A DNA stretch of 64,000 nucleotides from an uncultured Actinomycetes bacterium (GCA_963767005.1 CAVYCN010000004.1:288001-352000), one strand, 5' to 3'. Shown: positions 48,610 to 60,976, counted from the stretch's first letter. Notes: a model not told the origin generated them from the sequence alone. Made by a program: numbers and translations.

Positions 48610-49728
48610 GTGACGTCGGGACCACATGCGACTGGGCGGGCGCCGCGCTCACGGCGACCGCACGGCGTGCTCGCGCCGGCTCGGGCGATCGTGGCCGCGC
48701 CGATCGTGGCCGCCCTGGTGCTCGGCGCGCTCCTCCTGACCGCCCCCGGCGCGGCGCGAGCCGCCGCCACCACGAACGGCGCGGCGGCGACGACGCCGGC
48801 CGCCGCGACCCTCACCCCGCCGGCGACCATCAAGGTCGCCCGGCGGTTCCCCGCGGGCGACCCGAGCGGCGTGATCGTGGGCGTCGACACGGTCGACTTT
48901 CGCACGTACTGCGTGCGCGTGCTGTCGCACGAGTGGGCGCCGCCGTCCGCCTTCTCGGACCAGGCCCTCCAGGCCGGCGCCCTGGCCGTGAAGGAGTACG
49001 CCTGGTACTGGGCGACCCATCCGACCAAGCTGCCCGACGTCGCCGCCTGGGGCGCCGACGTCGACGACACGACCAACTACCAGGTCTACATGGACTGGGA
49101 CTACGGGCAGCGCTACTGGAACGCCGTCGACAGCACCTGGGGCACGGCCATGACCCGGAGCGGCCAGATCTTCGAGGCCTCCTATTATGCCGGCGACTAT
49201 TCCGGGGCGTCGACCGACGGCGACCACATGACGCAGTGGGGCTCGCAGTACTGGGCCGCGCACGGCATGAGCGCCGCCTCGATCATCGACTTCTACTACC
49301 CGGGCACCCAGTTCGTGGCCGTGGCGGGGGGCACGGCGATCGGCGCCGGCACCGCGACCGGCTGGAACGGCCCCGACGCGCCCAAGGGGACGGCCAAGCT
49401 CGACGTGATCGGCCCGGTGCAGCTCACACCGGGCCCCCATCACAAGGGGCAGTTCCTGAAGGTCTCGTTCACCCTGCGCAACGACGGCGCTCAGACGGGC
49501 CGCTGGGCGATCGTCACACTGGTCGTACGCGGGCCGGGCGACCAGCCTCGTGACGTGGGCTCGGTCACCGGCCTCACGCTCGGGCCCGGCGCCTACCGGC
49601 TGTTCACCGGGAGGCTGCGGCTCGACCTCGTCGGCCGCTGGCACGGCTGGCTGATCGTCGGCGACGGCACGAGCCTGTCGCTGCTCGACGGCGGCGCTCC
49701 GTTCCAGTTCGTGGTCGGTCGGCGCTAG
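48610..49728 (+). CDS. Secreted SpoIID/LytB-like protein with C-terminal beta-sandwich domain
   Basis: Y..RVLSHEW...ALQAGALAVKEYAWY, DVDDTTNYQVY, MTQWGS..A..G.....I..YYPG; promoter TTGCCG-N18-CATAAT at 48526-48555. Confidence 0.78.
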   Translation: MTSGPHATGRAPRSRRPHGVLAPARAIVAAPIVAALVLGALLLTAPGAARAAATTNGAAATTPAAATLTPPATIKVARRFPAGDPSGVIVGVDTVDFRTYCVRVLSHEWAPPSAFSDQALQAGALAVKEYAWYWATHPTKLPDVAAWGADVDDTTNYQVYMDWDYGQRYWNAVDSTWGTAMTRSGQIFEASYYAGDYSGASTDGDHMTQWGSQYWAAHGMSAASIIDFYYPGTQFVAVAGGTAIGAGTATGWNGPDAPKGTAKLDVIGPVQLTPGPHHKGQFLKVSFTLRNDGAQTGRWAIVTLVVRGPGDQPRDVGSVTGLTLGPGAYRLFTGRLRLDLVGRWHGWLIVGDGTSLSLLDGGAPFQFVVGRR

Positions 49729-49737
49729 CAGGGCCTA

Positions 49738-49855
49738 CGTCGTAAGAGACCTCTGTGCCGCCTTCGAGCAGGCGGGCCATGGTGGCGCCGCAGCCGAACT
49801 CACCGTCGTCGGTGTGCCGCGCGAGCACGAGCGCTCTCCCGAGCTGCTCGATCAT
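49738..49855 (-). pseudogene. Truncated duplicate of the 5' end of the PIG-L deacetylase gene
   Basis: MIEQLGRALVLARHTDDGEFGCGATMARLLEGGTEVSY versus MIDQLRTALVLAPHTDDGEFGCGGTMARLIEGGVEVTY at 46857; similarity ends after ~38 codons. Confidence 0.85.
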
Positions 49856-49985
49856 CGCCCGTCTCCTCGGCGACCGCCGCGGTGATCGGGCCGCATCGTC
49901 GTCACCGCCGTCGACGCCAGCGTCCGGCAGAGCGTGGTGCCGGCCGGACGCGCGGCGCGCCGCCGGCGCCCCCATGCGCCGTCGC

Positions 49986-50399
49986 CTAGTCGAGCTCGAG
50001 ACCGGCGTGGGGTCCCGGGCTCATGTCCCAGACCGACTCGACCTCGATCTTCACCACGTACTTGACCGGCGGCAGGTTGAGCTTGGCCGACAACCCGGCG
50101 AGGCGCTCGCCGACCTGGTCGAACTCAGGGCCGTGGTCGATGAGCTCGGCGCGGCCCTTGACCTGCACAGCGACCTTGCGCTCGGGGTCGTGGACGCCGA
50201 CGGCGACGCGGACGTCGTGCTCGAGGTTCTCGCGGGTCTTGTGCGAGAACATGTCCGCAAAGTAGAGGTGACCGTCGTCGAGCAGAGCTCCGGAGCCCTT
50301 GATCGAGATGTTCGGCGTGCCGTCGGGCGCGACGGTCGCGACCCAGATGTTGTGGCCGCCCTGGAGCAGGTCGAGGAGCTGGTCGGGAAGCTTCTTCAC
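49986..50399 (-). CDS. Pyridoxamine 5'-phosphate oxidase-like FMN-binding protein
   Basis: WVATVAPDGTPN, KTRENL and QVKGRAE; AGGAGG RBS before GTG. Confidence 0.85.
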   Translation of the reverse strand: MKKLPDQLLDLLQGGHNIWVATVAPDGTPNISIKGSGALLDDGHLYFADMFSHKTRENLEHDVRVAVGVHDPERKVAVQVKGRAELIDHGPEFDQVGERLAGLSAKLNLPPVKYVVKIEVESVWDMSPGPHAGLELD

Positions 50400-50595
50400 A
50401 TGGCCCTCCTTGAGGCGTCGGGCGTCGGTCGGGCGCCCTCTTGGGCGGCCACCTTGTACCCACGCAGGAGGCCGGTCACACCTCGCCGGGCCGGTGCCGC
50501 CGGCGTAGAATCGCGACTGCCCACGAAGCCGCCGACGTCGAGCCGGCGAGGACGAGCGCGAACGGCGGCAATGTCTCGGCGAGAGGAGCACTCAA

Positions 50596-51429
50596 ATGGA
50601 GAGCATCGATTTTCGTGTCCGCTTGAGGACCGCAGAGATGCTGAAGCCCTGGAATCCCGAGCATCCGGCTCCCCATTTTGCGCAGTATATCGAGCTGTAC
50701 AAGATGAGGGACCGGCTCACGCCGATGGCCATGCCGGAGTTCGTCGACCACATGATGGCGGGCGGCGTGCAGAAGGGCGTCGTGTGCGGCGGTTCGATCG
50801 ACGACAACGACCACCTCATCGACATCATGCGCTCCCCGCAGGGCGGTAGCTTCTTCTATATCGCGGGGGTCCACCCGAGCTGCGGCATTCGGCGCAACCT
50901 CGAGGAGCTCGAGCGCTGCCGCGTGGCCGGGTTCCTCGGCGTCAACATCAGCCCCTACATCTGGGGCGTGCCCGCCAACGCAGGCCTGCTCTTTCCGATC
51001 TACGCCTACTGTGAGCAGAACGGCATGGTTGCGATCGTGCACGGCAGCCTGCACTACAACCGCTTCCAGAGCATGTGGCTCGGCGACCCCCAGTACATGG
51101 ATGAGATCGCGATCAACTTCCCCGAGCTGAAGTTGGTCATCTCGCACGCCGGCAACGGCTTCGGCGTCCTTGCCCTGGCCGTGGCCCAGAAGCACCCCAA
51201 CATCTTCCTCGAGTTCAGCGCCCTCTGGCCCAACTACCTGCCTGAGGCGACCATTCAGGCGGTCAACACGTACCTGAGCGACCGCTGCCTGTTCGGCACC
51301 GACTACCCGCTCGTCGAGTTCGAGCAAGCGATCGCCGCGTGGGACGCCGTGCTCAGGCCCGAGGTCAAGCAGCGATTTTTCGGCGGGAACGCTGCGCGGT
51401 GCCTGTTCGAGGGGCCACGTCCGATCTGA
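50596..51429 (+). CDS. Amidohydrolase-2 family protein
   Basis: IDFRVR, IVHG, FPELKLVISHAG and LFGTDYP. Confidence 0.85.
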   Translation: MESIDFRVRLRTAEMLKPWNPEHPAPHFAQYIELYKMRDRLTPMAMPEFVDHMMAGGVQKGVVCGGSIDDNDHLIDIMRSPQGGSFFYIAGVHPSCGIRRNLEELERCRVAGFLGVNISPYIWGVPANAGLLFPIYAYCEQNGMVAIVHGSLHYNRFQSMWLGDPQYMDEIAINFPELKLVISHAGNGFGVLALAVAQKHPNIFLEFSALWPNYLPEATIQAVNTYLSDRCLFGTDYPLVEFEQAIAAWDAVLRPEVKQRFFGGNAARCLFEGPRPI

Positions 51430-51450
51430 GGCGGCCGCCGGTCCGCCAGT

Positions 51451-52026
51451 TCACCGCGGCCCGTCTCCCCAGCGTCGGCCCCAGACCACGAGCTCGCGGA
51501 GCTGTGCCGCCACGAGTTCCCGGGCGGTCTCGTCGACGAGCTCCCCCGCGTCGTCGAAGCGTTCGGCCGCGCGAAAGACGAGGACCTCGGGCTTCAGCAG
51601 CACGGGCGACTCCACGAAGAGCAACGTCTGGCGCAGCGCGAGCTGAGCGCGGACGGTGCCGAAGTTGCCCGTGCTGGCGCCCATCAGGGCGACGGGCTTG
51701 TGCCGTAGCGGCGTCTCGGCTGGCGGGCGCGAGACCCAGTCCAGGGCGTTCTTCAGCAAGCCGGGCGGTCCGTAGTTGTACTCGGGGGTGGCGATGAGCA
51801 GCGCGTCGGCGTCGTCGATCTCGCGCCAGAGCGCGGCGACCGGCGCGGGCAGGCCGCGCAGGCGCGCGTCGTCGTCGTAGGGCGGGATCTCGCCGAGCCG
51901 GTCGAAGGTGTGCAGGCCGGCGCCGGGCGGCACGAGCGCCGCGGCCGCGCGCAGCAGGGCGCGGTTGTACGACTCGCGTCGCAGGCTCCCGCAGAGCCCC
52001 AGGATCGAGAAGCTCGGATGCGTCAC
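51451..52026 (-). CDS. NADPH-dependent FMN reductase (ChrR/YieF-like)
   Basis: GSLRRESYN, ATPEYN..PGLLKNALDWVSR and GAS.G.FG..RAQ. Confidence 0.92.
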   Translation of the reverse strand: MTHPSFSILGLCGSLRRESYNRALLRAAAALVPPGAGLHTFDRLGEIPPYDDDARLRGLPAPVAALWREIDDADALLIATPEYNYGPPGLLKNALDWVSRPPAETPLRHKPVALMGASTGNFGTVRAQLALRQTLLFVESPVLLKPEVLVFRAAERFDDAGELVDETARELVAAQLRELVVWGRRWGDGPR

Positions 52027-52217
52027 GTCGTCCCTCCCCCGTCGCGCCTTCGGCCGTGTGGCGGCCACGGGGCGGGCGGCGGCGGGGCCGGGACGGCCCC
52101 GCCGCCGCCCGCCGTATCGCTAGCCTACGCCCCGGCGAGGTCAACGGGGTCGGATCGTCGCGCCCGGGAACCGTCAGGTGGCCTCACGTGACGCGAAGCA
52201 AGCAGAGGAGGACCCGC

Positions 52218-52793
52218 ATGTCAGACGAGTTGCACGACAAGCGCATCGCCATCCTGTTCACCGACGGCGTCGAGCGCGCCGAGCTCATGCGACCGCTCGA
52301 GGCCCTGCGCGAGGCCGGCGCCCGCATCGACCTGCTCTCGATCCACGATGGCCCCGTGCAGACGATGGAGCACGCCGACAAGGCGGAGACGGTGATGGTC
52401 GATGGCACGGTGGAGAGGGCCGACCCCGGTAGCTACGAAGGTCTCGTGCTCCCCGGTGGCGTCTCCAACCCCGACAAGCTGCGTATGAACGGCGCGGCGG
52501 TGGCCTTCGTCCGCGCCGCCTTCACCGCCGGCGTCCCCATCGCGGTCATCTGTCACGGCCCCTGGACGATGGTCGAGGCCGGTGTCGTGAAGGGGCTCAC
52601 GATGACCTCGTATCCAAGTCTGAAGACCGACATCCGCAACGCGGGCGGCACCTGGGTCGACCGGGAGGCGGTGGTCGACCGCGCCGTCGTCTCGAGTCGC
52701 GACCCGCACGACCTGCCCGCGTTCTGCTCGCAAATGATCCGTCTGTTCGCCGCCGGCCGCCAGCGCACGGAGCGCGGCAGCCTCGCCGCCTAA
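52218..52793 (+). CDS. PfpI/DJ-1 family protein
   Basis: DGVE..E, LPGG..NPDKLR, ICHGPW and SSR.P.DL.AF. Confidence 0.93.
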   Translation: MSDELHDKRIAILFTDGVERAELMRPLEALREAGARIDLLSIHDGPVQTMEHADKAETVMVDGTVERADPGSYEGLVLPGGVSNPDKLRMNGAAVAFVRAAFTAGVPIAVICHGPWTMVEAGVVKGLTMTSYPSLKTDIRNAGGTWVDREAVVDRAVVSSRDPHDLPAFCSQMIRLFAAGRQRTERGSLAA

Positions 52794-52819
52794 AGCTGCC
52801 CGGACGCCGTGCGCCGGCG

Positions 52820-54487
52820 CTAGGGCGCGGGCGCGGCGGCGGGCGACTGGGTGTCGTCGGCGGCGGCCGTCGCCGATGTGGTCGCCGGCGGCGCTCCCGC
52901 CGGCAGGGCCGCCGGCATGGCGGCCGTCGGGCCGGTCGCCAGGCGCACGGCGGCGGCCGACGCCAGAGCGGCGAAGAGCCACAGGTAAGGGTCTTCGAAG
53001 AAGGCGTTGTAGGTCATGCTGTGCACGAGGATAGAGACGACGCACGCCACGAGACCGGCTTGCAAGAGGTAGAGGCGCCGGTCGGCGCCGAAGCGGCGCC
53101 GGCCGGCGGTGGTCGCGAAGAAGGTGGCAAGCAGCGCGGCGAAGGCCAGCAGCCCGATCGTGCCCTGCTCGGCGGCGACGGTGAGGACCGTCGTGTGGCT
53201 GTCGCGCACGGCGAGGCTGGCCGCGTGCGTGTGGCGGAAGTGCGGGTAGGCGAGCGGGAACTGGGCCAGCCCGAGGCCGTCCAGCGGGTGCTTCTCGAAC
53301 ATGAAGATGCCCGCCTCCATGAGGTAGACGCGCCCTCCGGTGATCTTGTTCCAGCCCCTGGTCGTCGTCAGCTTGTTGCGGACGTCCTGAGGGTGCCTCA
53401 CGGCGGTGAGGCCGGTGAGGCCGGCCGCAAGCACGAGCACGGTGAGCAGCACGGCGACCGCCCCGCGTCGCCGCCCGAGCCACCCGAGCTCGAGCACGAC
53501 GGCGCCGAGCAGCAGGCCGGCGACGCTCGAGCGCGAGAAGGTCACGACCAGGGCGATCGCCGCGAGCACGACGGCGCCGCCCGTGAGCCACAGGCCGCGG
53601 GTGCGCTCGCGGCCGGGCTCGCGCAAGCGGATGGCGAGGAACAAGGCGAGGCCGGCCAGCATGACGAGGCCGAGAAAGCGTCCGTAGATGTTGGGATCCC
53701 AGAACACCGAGTTCGAGCGGAACGTATGTTGCAGGGCGAGGTCGTGCTCGATGCCGGCGCGATTCACGATGATGAGGTGCGTCGGGTACTGGACGATGCC
53801 GACCACGGCGAGGACGGCGCCGGCGCCGACGAAGGTGACGAGCAGCCGCCACAGGCGGCGCGCGTCGGTCACGTAGCGGTAGACGAGGTAGTAGAGCACG
53901 CCGAACGGCAGGTAGAAGGCAAAGAGCTTGACGAGCGCGTCGGCGAAGCCCTTGTCGAGGGATGCGTAGCGCGGCCCGATCCACAAGGTCGACAGGCCGA
54001 TCACGGCGATCATGACGGCGAACGCGAGGCGCAGCGGGTCGCGGCGGCGCTCGTCGGGCACGCGCAGCCGGTCACGCACGAGCAGCTCGGCGATGGCGAC
54101 CGCGAGCAGCACGAGGTAGAGCGGGATCAGCAGGTCGCTCGTGGTGGAGCCGAGCGGCAGCTCGATGCGCAGCGGGGCGAGGACGAGCACGACCGGCATG
54201 GCCCAGTCGGGGTAGCGCCAGGCGAGCCACGTCGCCGCGGTCAGAAAGACGGTGAGCGCGAGGCCGCCGGCGGCGAGCAGGGGCAGATGATGAGAGACGC
54301 GGGCCGCGGTCCCGCCCGCGGTGCTGAGCGCGTCGAGGGTCGAGACGGCGAGCAGCACGGTGCACGCGATGAGGGCGGCGAAGACCACGCGCCGCGCCAG
54401 CGCGCCGCGCGGGACGTCGACGAACAGCGCCAGGTACGTGGCCAGCAGGCCGACGAGGCTGAGCTTGGCGACGAGGAGGCCGGACAG
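52820..54487 (-). CDS. O-antigen ligase family membrane protein (start uncertain: CTG 54487 or GTG 54388)
   Basis: R..SVFWDPNIYG, TFSRS, GLGL..F and SHTT...AAEQG.IG; the hydrophobic reading frame extends upstream of the first canonical start. Confidence 0.8.
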   Translation of the reverse strand: MSGLLVAKLSLVGLLATYLALFVDVPRGALARRVVFAALIACTVLLAVSTLDALSTAGGTAARVSHHLPLLAAGGLALTVFLTAATWLAWRYPDWAMPVVLVLAPLRIELPLGSTTSDLLIPLYLVLLAVAIAELLVRDRLRVPDERRRDPLRLAFAVMIAVIGLSTLWIGPRYASLDKGFADALVKLFAFYLPFGVLYYLVYRYVTDARRLWRLLVTFVGAGAVLAVVGIVQYPTHLIIVNRAGIEHDLALQHTFRSNSVFWDPNIYGRFLGLVMLAGLALFLAIRLREPGRERTRGLWLTGGAVVLAAIALVVTFSRSSVAGLLLGAVVLELGWLGRRRGAVAVLLTVLVLAAGLTGLTAVRHPQDVRNKLTTTRGWNKITGGRVYLMEAGIFMFEKHPLDGLGLAQFPLAYPHFRHTHAASLAVRDSHTTVLTVAAEQGTIGLLAFAALLATFFATTAGRRRFGADRRLYLLQAGLVACVVSILVHSMTYNAFFEDPYLWLFAALASAAAVRLATGPTAAMPAALPAGAPPATTSATAAADDTQSPAAAPAP

Positions 54488-54494
54488 GGGAGGC

Positions 54495-56489
<1,995 letters not shown>

Positions 56490-56556
56490 CGGGTCTCCCG
56501 GTCCCGGTGACCCTGGCGGCGCGACGGCCGGCGAAGCCGCCGGCCGGCGTGACCCA

Positions 56557-57603
56557 TCATAGCACCGGCTCCAGAGGCCGGCGCAGGAGCCGGCGACGGG
56601 CGACGTCGAGGATCTCGTCGACGAACAGCTGGGGGTCGCGGCGTTCGGCCTGTAGCGCGTGACGGCCCTTCTTCTTGAGCTGCACGTCGTCGGCCGACGA
56701 GGCGCGGCGCAGGCGGCCCTCGGCGATGAGCCGCTCGTCGACGGCGCCGAGGCGGCCGGCGAACATCGTGTAGGCCGGCGTGCCCAGCGCGACGGCCTCG
56801 CGGTTCATGGTGCCGCCGGCGCCGATCACGAAGTCGGCGGCGGCGATCAGGCTGAGGCCGTCGATCGCGCGCTCGGGGACGACGACGTTGCCGAGGTCGA
56901 GCGCGCCGTAGTGGCGGCGCTGCTCGTCGGTGCGCGGGATGATCACGAGCGTCACGTTGCGGCGCGCCGCGAGGTCGCGCACGACGCTGTCGAACAGCGG
57001 GTTCTCGTGGCGGTGGTAGAGCGTCACGTGGGGCGCCGGGCGCAGCACACCGATGACGCGGCGCGCGTCGAGGTCGAGCTGCTCGAGGATCGTGGCATCG
57101 GGCTGGAAGTCATAGAGGTAGTACTCCTCCTTGAGCCCCGGGTAGCGGAACACCTTCCCCGACTTTGCCCCGTACGGCGCGAGACGATCCAGGGGGATGG
57201 CCTCGGGCACGACGATCTCGTCGACGAGGCGCACGTTCAGGTGGTGCGACACCGTCGCGTACTCGTAGTCGAACATCGTGAGCTGCGGTATGCCGAGGGT
57301 CCAGGCGGCGAGGGCGAGGTCGTTCGAGTTGTGGCCGACCGCCACGTGGAAGCCGGCGGAACGAGCCTGGGCGACGAGGTGCGCCGAACGATTGAACAGG
57401 CCGATCGCCTTGGCCGGCACGCTGCGTCCCATGTGCTGGCCGGTGATCACCGCGGCCAGGCCGTAGCGCGACAGGAGCTGCTCGGTCTGCGCGTACTTGC
57501 GCGCGGTGAGCGTGACCGTGTGGCCCTGCGCCTCGAGCCGCCGGATGATCGGCGCGAAGAACAGCACGTGCGGTGAGTTCGTGATGTCGATCCAGACGCG
57601 CAC
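56557..57603 (-). CDS. DUF354-family (GT-B fold) protein
   Basis: MRVWIDITNSPHVLFF, YPGLKE and GGTMNREA..LGTP. Confidence 0.85.
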   Translation of the reverse strand: MRVWIDITNSPHVLFFAPIIRRLEAQGHTVTLTARKYAQTEQLLSRYGLAAVITGQHMGRSVPAKAIGLFNRSAHLVAQARSAGFHVAVGHNSNDLALAAWTLGIPQLTMFDYEYATVSHHLNVRLVDEIVVPEAIPLDRLAPYGAKSGKVFRYPGLKEEYYLYDFQPDATILEQLDLDARRVIGVLRPAPHVTLYHRHENPLFDSVVRDLAARRNVTLVIIPRTDEQRRHYGALDLGNVVVPERAIDGLSLIAAADFVIGAGGTMNREAVALGTPAYTMFAGRLGAVDERLIAEGRLRRASSADDVQLKKKGRHALQAERRDPQLFVDEILDVARRRLLRRPLEPVL

Positions 57604-57615
57604 GGCGCCGCTGCC

Positions 57616-58713
57616 CTAGGCGAGCACCCCGGCGAGGACCTCGGCGACCGCGGCGACCTGTTCCCGTCCGAGATGCGGATGCATGGGCAGGGCGAGGTTG
57701 GTGCGGGCCGCCTCTTCGGTCGCCGGGAAGTCGCCCTGCCTGTGGCCCAGGAACGCGAGCGCGGGCTGCAGGTGGAGCGGCGTCGTGTAGTAGGCGGCGC
57801 AGGCCACGCCGGCCTCTTTCAGGGCTGTCGCGGCCGCGTCGCGCTGGGCGAGGCGGGCGACGTAGAGGTGGTAGACGTGGGTGAGGCCGGCGGGCACGGC
57901 CGGGCGCCGGACGGCGGCCGGGAGGCCCTCGTCGTACCAGGCCGCGACCTGGGCGCGCCATGCGTTCCAGGCGTCGACCTTCGTGAGGCCGACGCGCAGC
58001 ACGGCCGCCTGGATCTCGTCGAGCCGCGAGTTGTAGCCGACGTAGTCGAAGTCCACCTTGTCGCGGCTGCCGTGGAAGCGCAGCAGGCGGGCCATGTCGA
58101 CGAACTCGGCGATGCGACCGGTGACGAGGCCGCCGTCGCCGTAGCCGCCCAGGTTCTTGGTCGGGAAGAAGCTGAAGACGCCGAGGTCGCCGAGACCGCC
58201 GGCGCGGCGCCCTTTGTAGCTCGCGCCGAATGCCTGGCAGGCGTCCTCGACGACCGTGAGGCCGTGCTCGCTGGCCACCGCGCTCAGGGCGTCGGCGTCG
58301 GCCGGCAGGCCGAACAGGTCGACCGGCACGATCGCCTTGGTCATGGCGGTGACGGCGCCGGGGACGGCGGCGGGGTCGATGTTGAGGGTCTCGGGGTCGA
58401 TGTCGACGAACACGGGGCGGGCGCCGGCCTGCACGATGGCCTCGGCCGTGGCGTAGAAGGTGAACGGCGTGGTGATCACCTCGTCGCCCTCGCCGACGCC
58501 GGCCGCTCGCAGGGCGATCGTCAGGCCATCGGTGCCGTTCGCCACGCCGACCGCGCCGACGGTGCCGAGGTACGCGGCGAGCTCGGCCTCGAGGGCCTTT
58601 ACGTTGGGCCCGAGGATGAACTGCCCGCCGCGCAGGACCGCGAGGACGGCGGCTTCGACCTCGTCCTGTACGTCGGCGATCTGCCCCTTGATGTCCATCA
58701 GACCGATCGGCAC
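57616..58713 (-). CDS. DegT/DnrJ/EryC1/StrS aminotransferase
   Basis: ANGTD, EDACQAFG, FSFFPTKNLGGYGDGG and NSRLDEIQA. Confidence 0.95.
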   Translation of the reverse strand: MPIGLMDIKGQIADVQDEVEAAVLAVLRGGQFILGPNVKALEAELAAYLGTVGAVGVANGTDGLTIALRAAGVGEGDEVITTPFTFYATAEAIVQAGARPVFVDIDPETLNIDPAAVPGAVTAMTKAIVPVDLFGLPADADALSAVASEHGLTVVEDACQAFGASYKGRRAGGLGDLGVFSFFPTKNLGGYGDGGLVTGRIAEFVDMARLLRFHGSRDKVDFDYVGYNSRLDEIQAAVLRVGLTKVDAWNAWRAQVAAWYDEGLPAAVRRPAVPAGLTHVYHLYVARLAQRDAAATALKEAGVACAAYYTTPLHLQPALAFLGHRQGDFPATEEAARTNLALPMHPHLGREQVAAVAEVLAGVLA

Positions 58714-58863
58714 GTCAAACGCCTCCCGTAAGCTCGTCGCAGACCCGCACGCGGGCGCGCGCGGTCGCGCTGAACGCTAGCACAGCGCGCGGCGGCCGAC
58801 CAAACGACGGCCCGGGTCGCAGCCGGTCGGGGCAAGTCGGCCTGTGGTAGTGTACGGCCCGTC

Positions 58864-59502
58864 ATGCAGCACGTCATCGACCCCATCGTCACCTGGTGCA
58901 CCCACCTGATCGGCAATTGGGGACTGCCCGCGGTCTTCGTCTTGATGCTCCTCGAGAGCGCCTGCATCCCGATCCCGAGCGAGGCGATCATGCCCTTTGC
59001 CGGCTTCGCCGTCAGCCAGGGTCACATGAGCCTCGCGGGGATCGTCGTGGCGGGCGTGGTCGGCAACCTGTGCGGCTCGTGGGTGAGCTACGGCGTCGGC
59101 TACCGCGGCGGCCGGCCGTTCGTCGAACGCTACGGTCGCTACGTGCTCCTGCGCACGCATCATCTCGCCCTGGCCGAACGCTTCTTCGCCCGCTACGGAC
59201 CGATCACGGTGTTCTTCGCGCGCATGGTGCCGATCGTGTGCACTTTCATCTCGCTGCCGGCCGGCTTCGGCCGCATGCGGTTCTGGAAGTTCACGCTGTA
59301 CACCGTCATGGGATCCGTGCCCTGGGTGCTGATGCTTGGCTTCGTCGGCGAGAAGCTCGGCGGCAACTGGAAGAAGATCGACCCGCTGCTGCACTACCTC
59401 GACTACGCGGTCGTCGTCGCCGCCATTGGGCTCATCGTCTGGGTCGTGCTGCGCCGGCGCGGCTCGCGGGGAGCGGCGGGCGACGCCGCCGGCGGCTCGT
59501 GA
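58864..59502 (+). CDS. DedA family membrane protein
   Basis: LESACIPIPSEAIMPFAG and FFARMVP...FISLPAG. Confidence 0.93.
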   Translation: MQHVIDPIVTWCTHLIGNWGLPAVFVLMLLESACIPIPSEAIMPFAGFAVSQGHMSLAGIVVAGVVGNLCGSWVSYGVGYRGGRPFVERYGRYVLLRTHHLALAERFFARYGPITVFFARMVPIVCTFISLPAGFGRMRFWKFTLYTVMGSVPWVLMLGFVGEKLGGNWKKIDPLLHYLDYAVVVAAIGLIVWVVLRRRGSRGAAGDAAGGS

Positions 59503-59539
59503 ACGCCGCGCCCGCAGCCGCGTGCACGAGGCGGCGGCC

Positions 59540-60928
59540 ATGACGTCGCTGTCGCTGCCCTCGGCCGCCCGCGTGGTCGCGCCGGCGACCACCGCCAACC
59601 TCGGGCCGGGCTTCGACTGCCTGGGGCTCACGCTCGACCTGTGGAACGCGGCGACCTTCTCGCTCGTCGGCGACGGCGTCGCGGTGCACGTGCGCGGCGA
59701 GGGCAGCGAGGTGCTGCCGGACGGCGCCACAAACATGGTCGCGCGCGCGTTCCAGCGTCTGTACGACGAGGCCGGCGCGCCCCTGCCGGCCGGGCTCACG
59801 ATCGACTGCGACGTCGCCGTCCCGCTGTCGTCGGGCCTGGGCTCGAGCGCCGCGGCGATCGTGAGTGGGCTGCTCGGCGCCAACGAGCTCCTCGGCCGGC
59901 CGCTCGACGCGGCCGGCATCCTCGCCCTGGCCACCGAGATCGAGGGCCACCCCGACAACGTCGCGGCCACGCTCGACGGCGGCCTCGTGATCGTCGTGAA
60001 CGGCGAGGAGGGCCTGCTCACCGAGCGCATCGAGGTGCGGCCCGTGCTCGTGGCGCTCGCCGTGTCGCAGATCGAGTACTCGACGAGCGCGGCGCGGGCC
60101 GAGCTGCCCACCTACGTGGCGCTGGCCGACGCCGTCTACAACATGGGTCGCGCCGCCCTCGTGGTCGAGGCCTTGCGCCGCGGCGACCTCGAGCTGCTCG
60201 GCAAGGCGATGGACGACCGCCTGCATCAGGCGCAGCGCCTCGAGCACATGCCCGGTGGCCCGGCGGCCATGGCGGCGGCACGCGCCGCGGGCGCGGCCGC
60301 GGTCGCCGTCTCCGGGTCCGGGCCGAGCCTGATCGCGTTCCCGGCGCCCGGCGCGTCGGTCGACGACGTCGCCGCGGCCATGGTCGAGGCGCTCGCCGGC
60401 GTGGGCGTGCGCGCCCGCCCGTTCACGCTCGCGACGAGCGACCGGGGAGCGTCCTCGCGGCCGCTGCTCGTGGGCGGGCAGCGGCCGGCATCGCGGGTGG
60501 GCGAGACCGCCGGCTTCGAGCTCACCGACCACACCGCCGACGTCGGCCTGCGCGTCTGGGGACCGTCGGAGCCGGGGCTCTTCGAGCAGGCCGCCCTCGG
60601 CCTCGCGTCGCTGCTGTGCGACCCCGCCGGCGTCGAGCCGCGCGAGACCTACAGCGTGATCGCCGAGGCTCCGGCTGGCGCGCCCGACGCGCTGCTCGTG
60701 GCCTGGCTCAACGAGCTGCTCTACCGGATCGACACCGACGGCATCGTCTTTAGCGAGGTCGCCGTCGAGGGCCTCACCCACCGCTACGTGTCGGCCCGGT
60801 TGCGCGGCGAACCGCTCGACCGGACTCGCCACCGCACCCGGCTCGACGTGAAGGCGGCCACCTACCACGGTCTGTCGGTGAGCCACGGCGACCAGGGCTG
60901 GGAGGCCACGGTCGTCCTCGACGTCTGA
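59540..60928 (+). CDS. thrB: Homoserine kinase fused in frame to archease
   Basis: APATTANLGPGFD, PLSSGLGSSA, EGHPDN, DRLHQ and SGSGP, then DHTADVG...LLVAWLNELLY...VKAATYH...VVLDV in one ORF. Confidence 0.88.
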   Translation: MTSLSLPSAARVVAPATTANLGPGFDCLGLTLDLWNAATFSLVGDGVAVHVRGEGSEVLPDGATNMVARAFQRLYDEAGAPLPAGLTIDCDVAVPLSSGLGSSAAAIVSGLLGANELLGRPLDAAGILALATEIEGHPDNVAATLDGGLVIVVNGEEGLLTERIEVRPVLVALAVSQIEYSTSAARAELPTYVALADAVYNMGRAALVVEALRRGDLELLGKAMDDRLHQAQRLEHMPGGPAAMAAARAAGAAAVAVSGSGPSLIAFPAPGASVDDVAAAMVEALAGVGVRARPFTLATSDRGASSRPLLVGGQRPASRVGETAGFELTDHTADVGLRVWGPSEPGLFEQAALGLASLLCDPAGVEPRETYSVIAEAPAGAPDALLVAWLNELLYRIDTDGIVFSEVAVEGLTHRYVSARLRGEPLDRTRHRTRLDVKAATYHGLSVSHGDQGWEATVVLDV

Positions 60929-60976
60929 CGGGGCCGGCGCGCCTCGCGCGGCGCGAGGCCAGCTGCCGGCGCTCGT

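Noticed and set aside
48450-48610. Pho-type box at the polysaccharide (tua-like) or SpoIID-like promoters
   Set aside because: -10 elements are present (TACAAT, CATAAT) but there are no 11-bp-period GCTCAC units at the expected position.
49604-49975. 123-aa ORF as a functional second deacetylase
   Set aside because: Only ~38 codons are homologous; the HxDH motif is missing and the remainder overlaps the opposite-strand gene.
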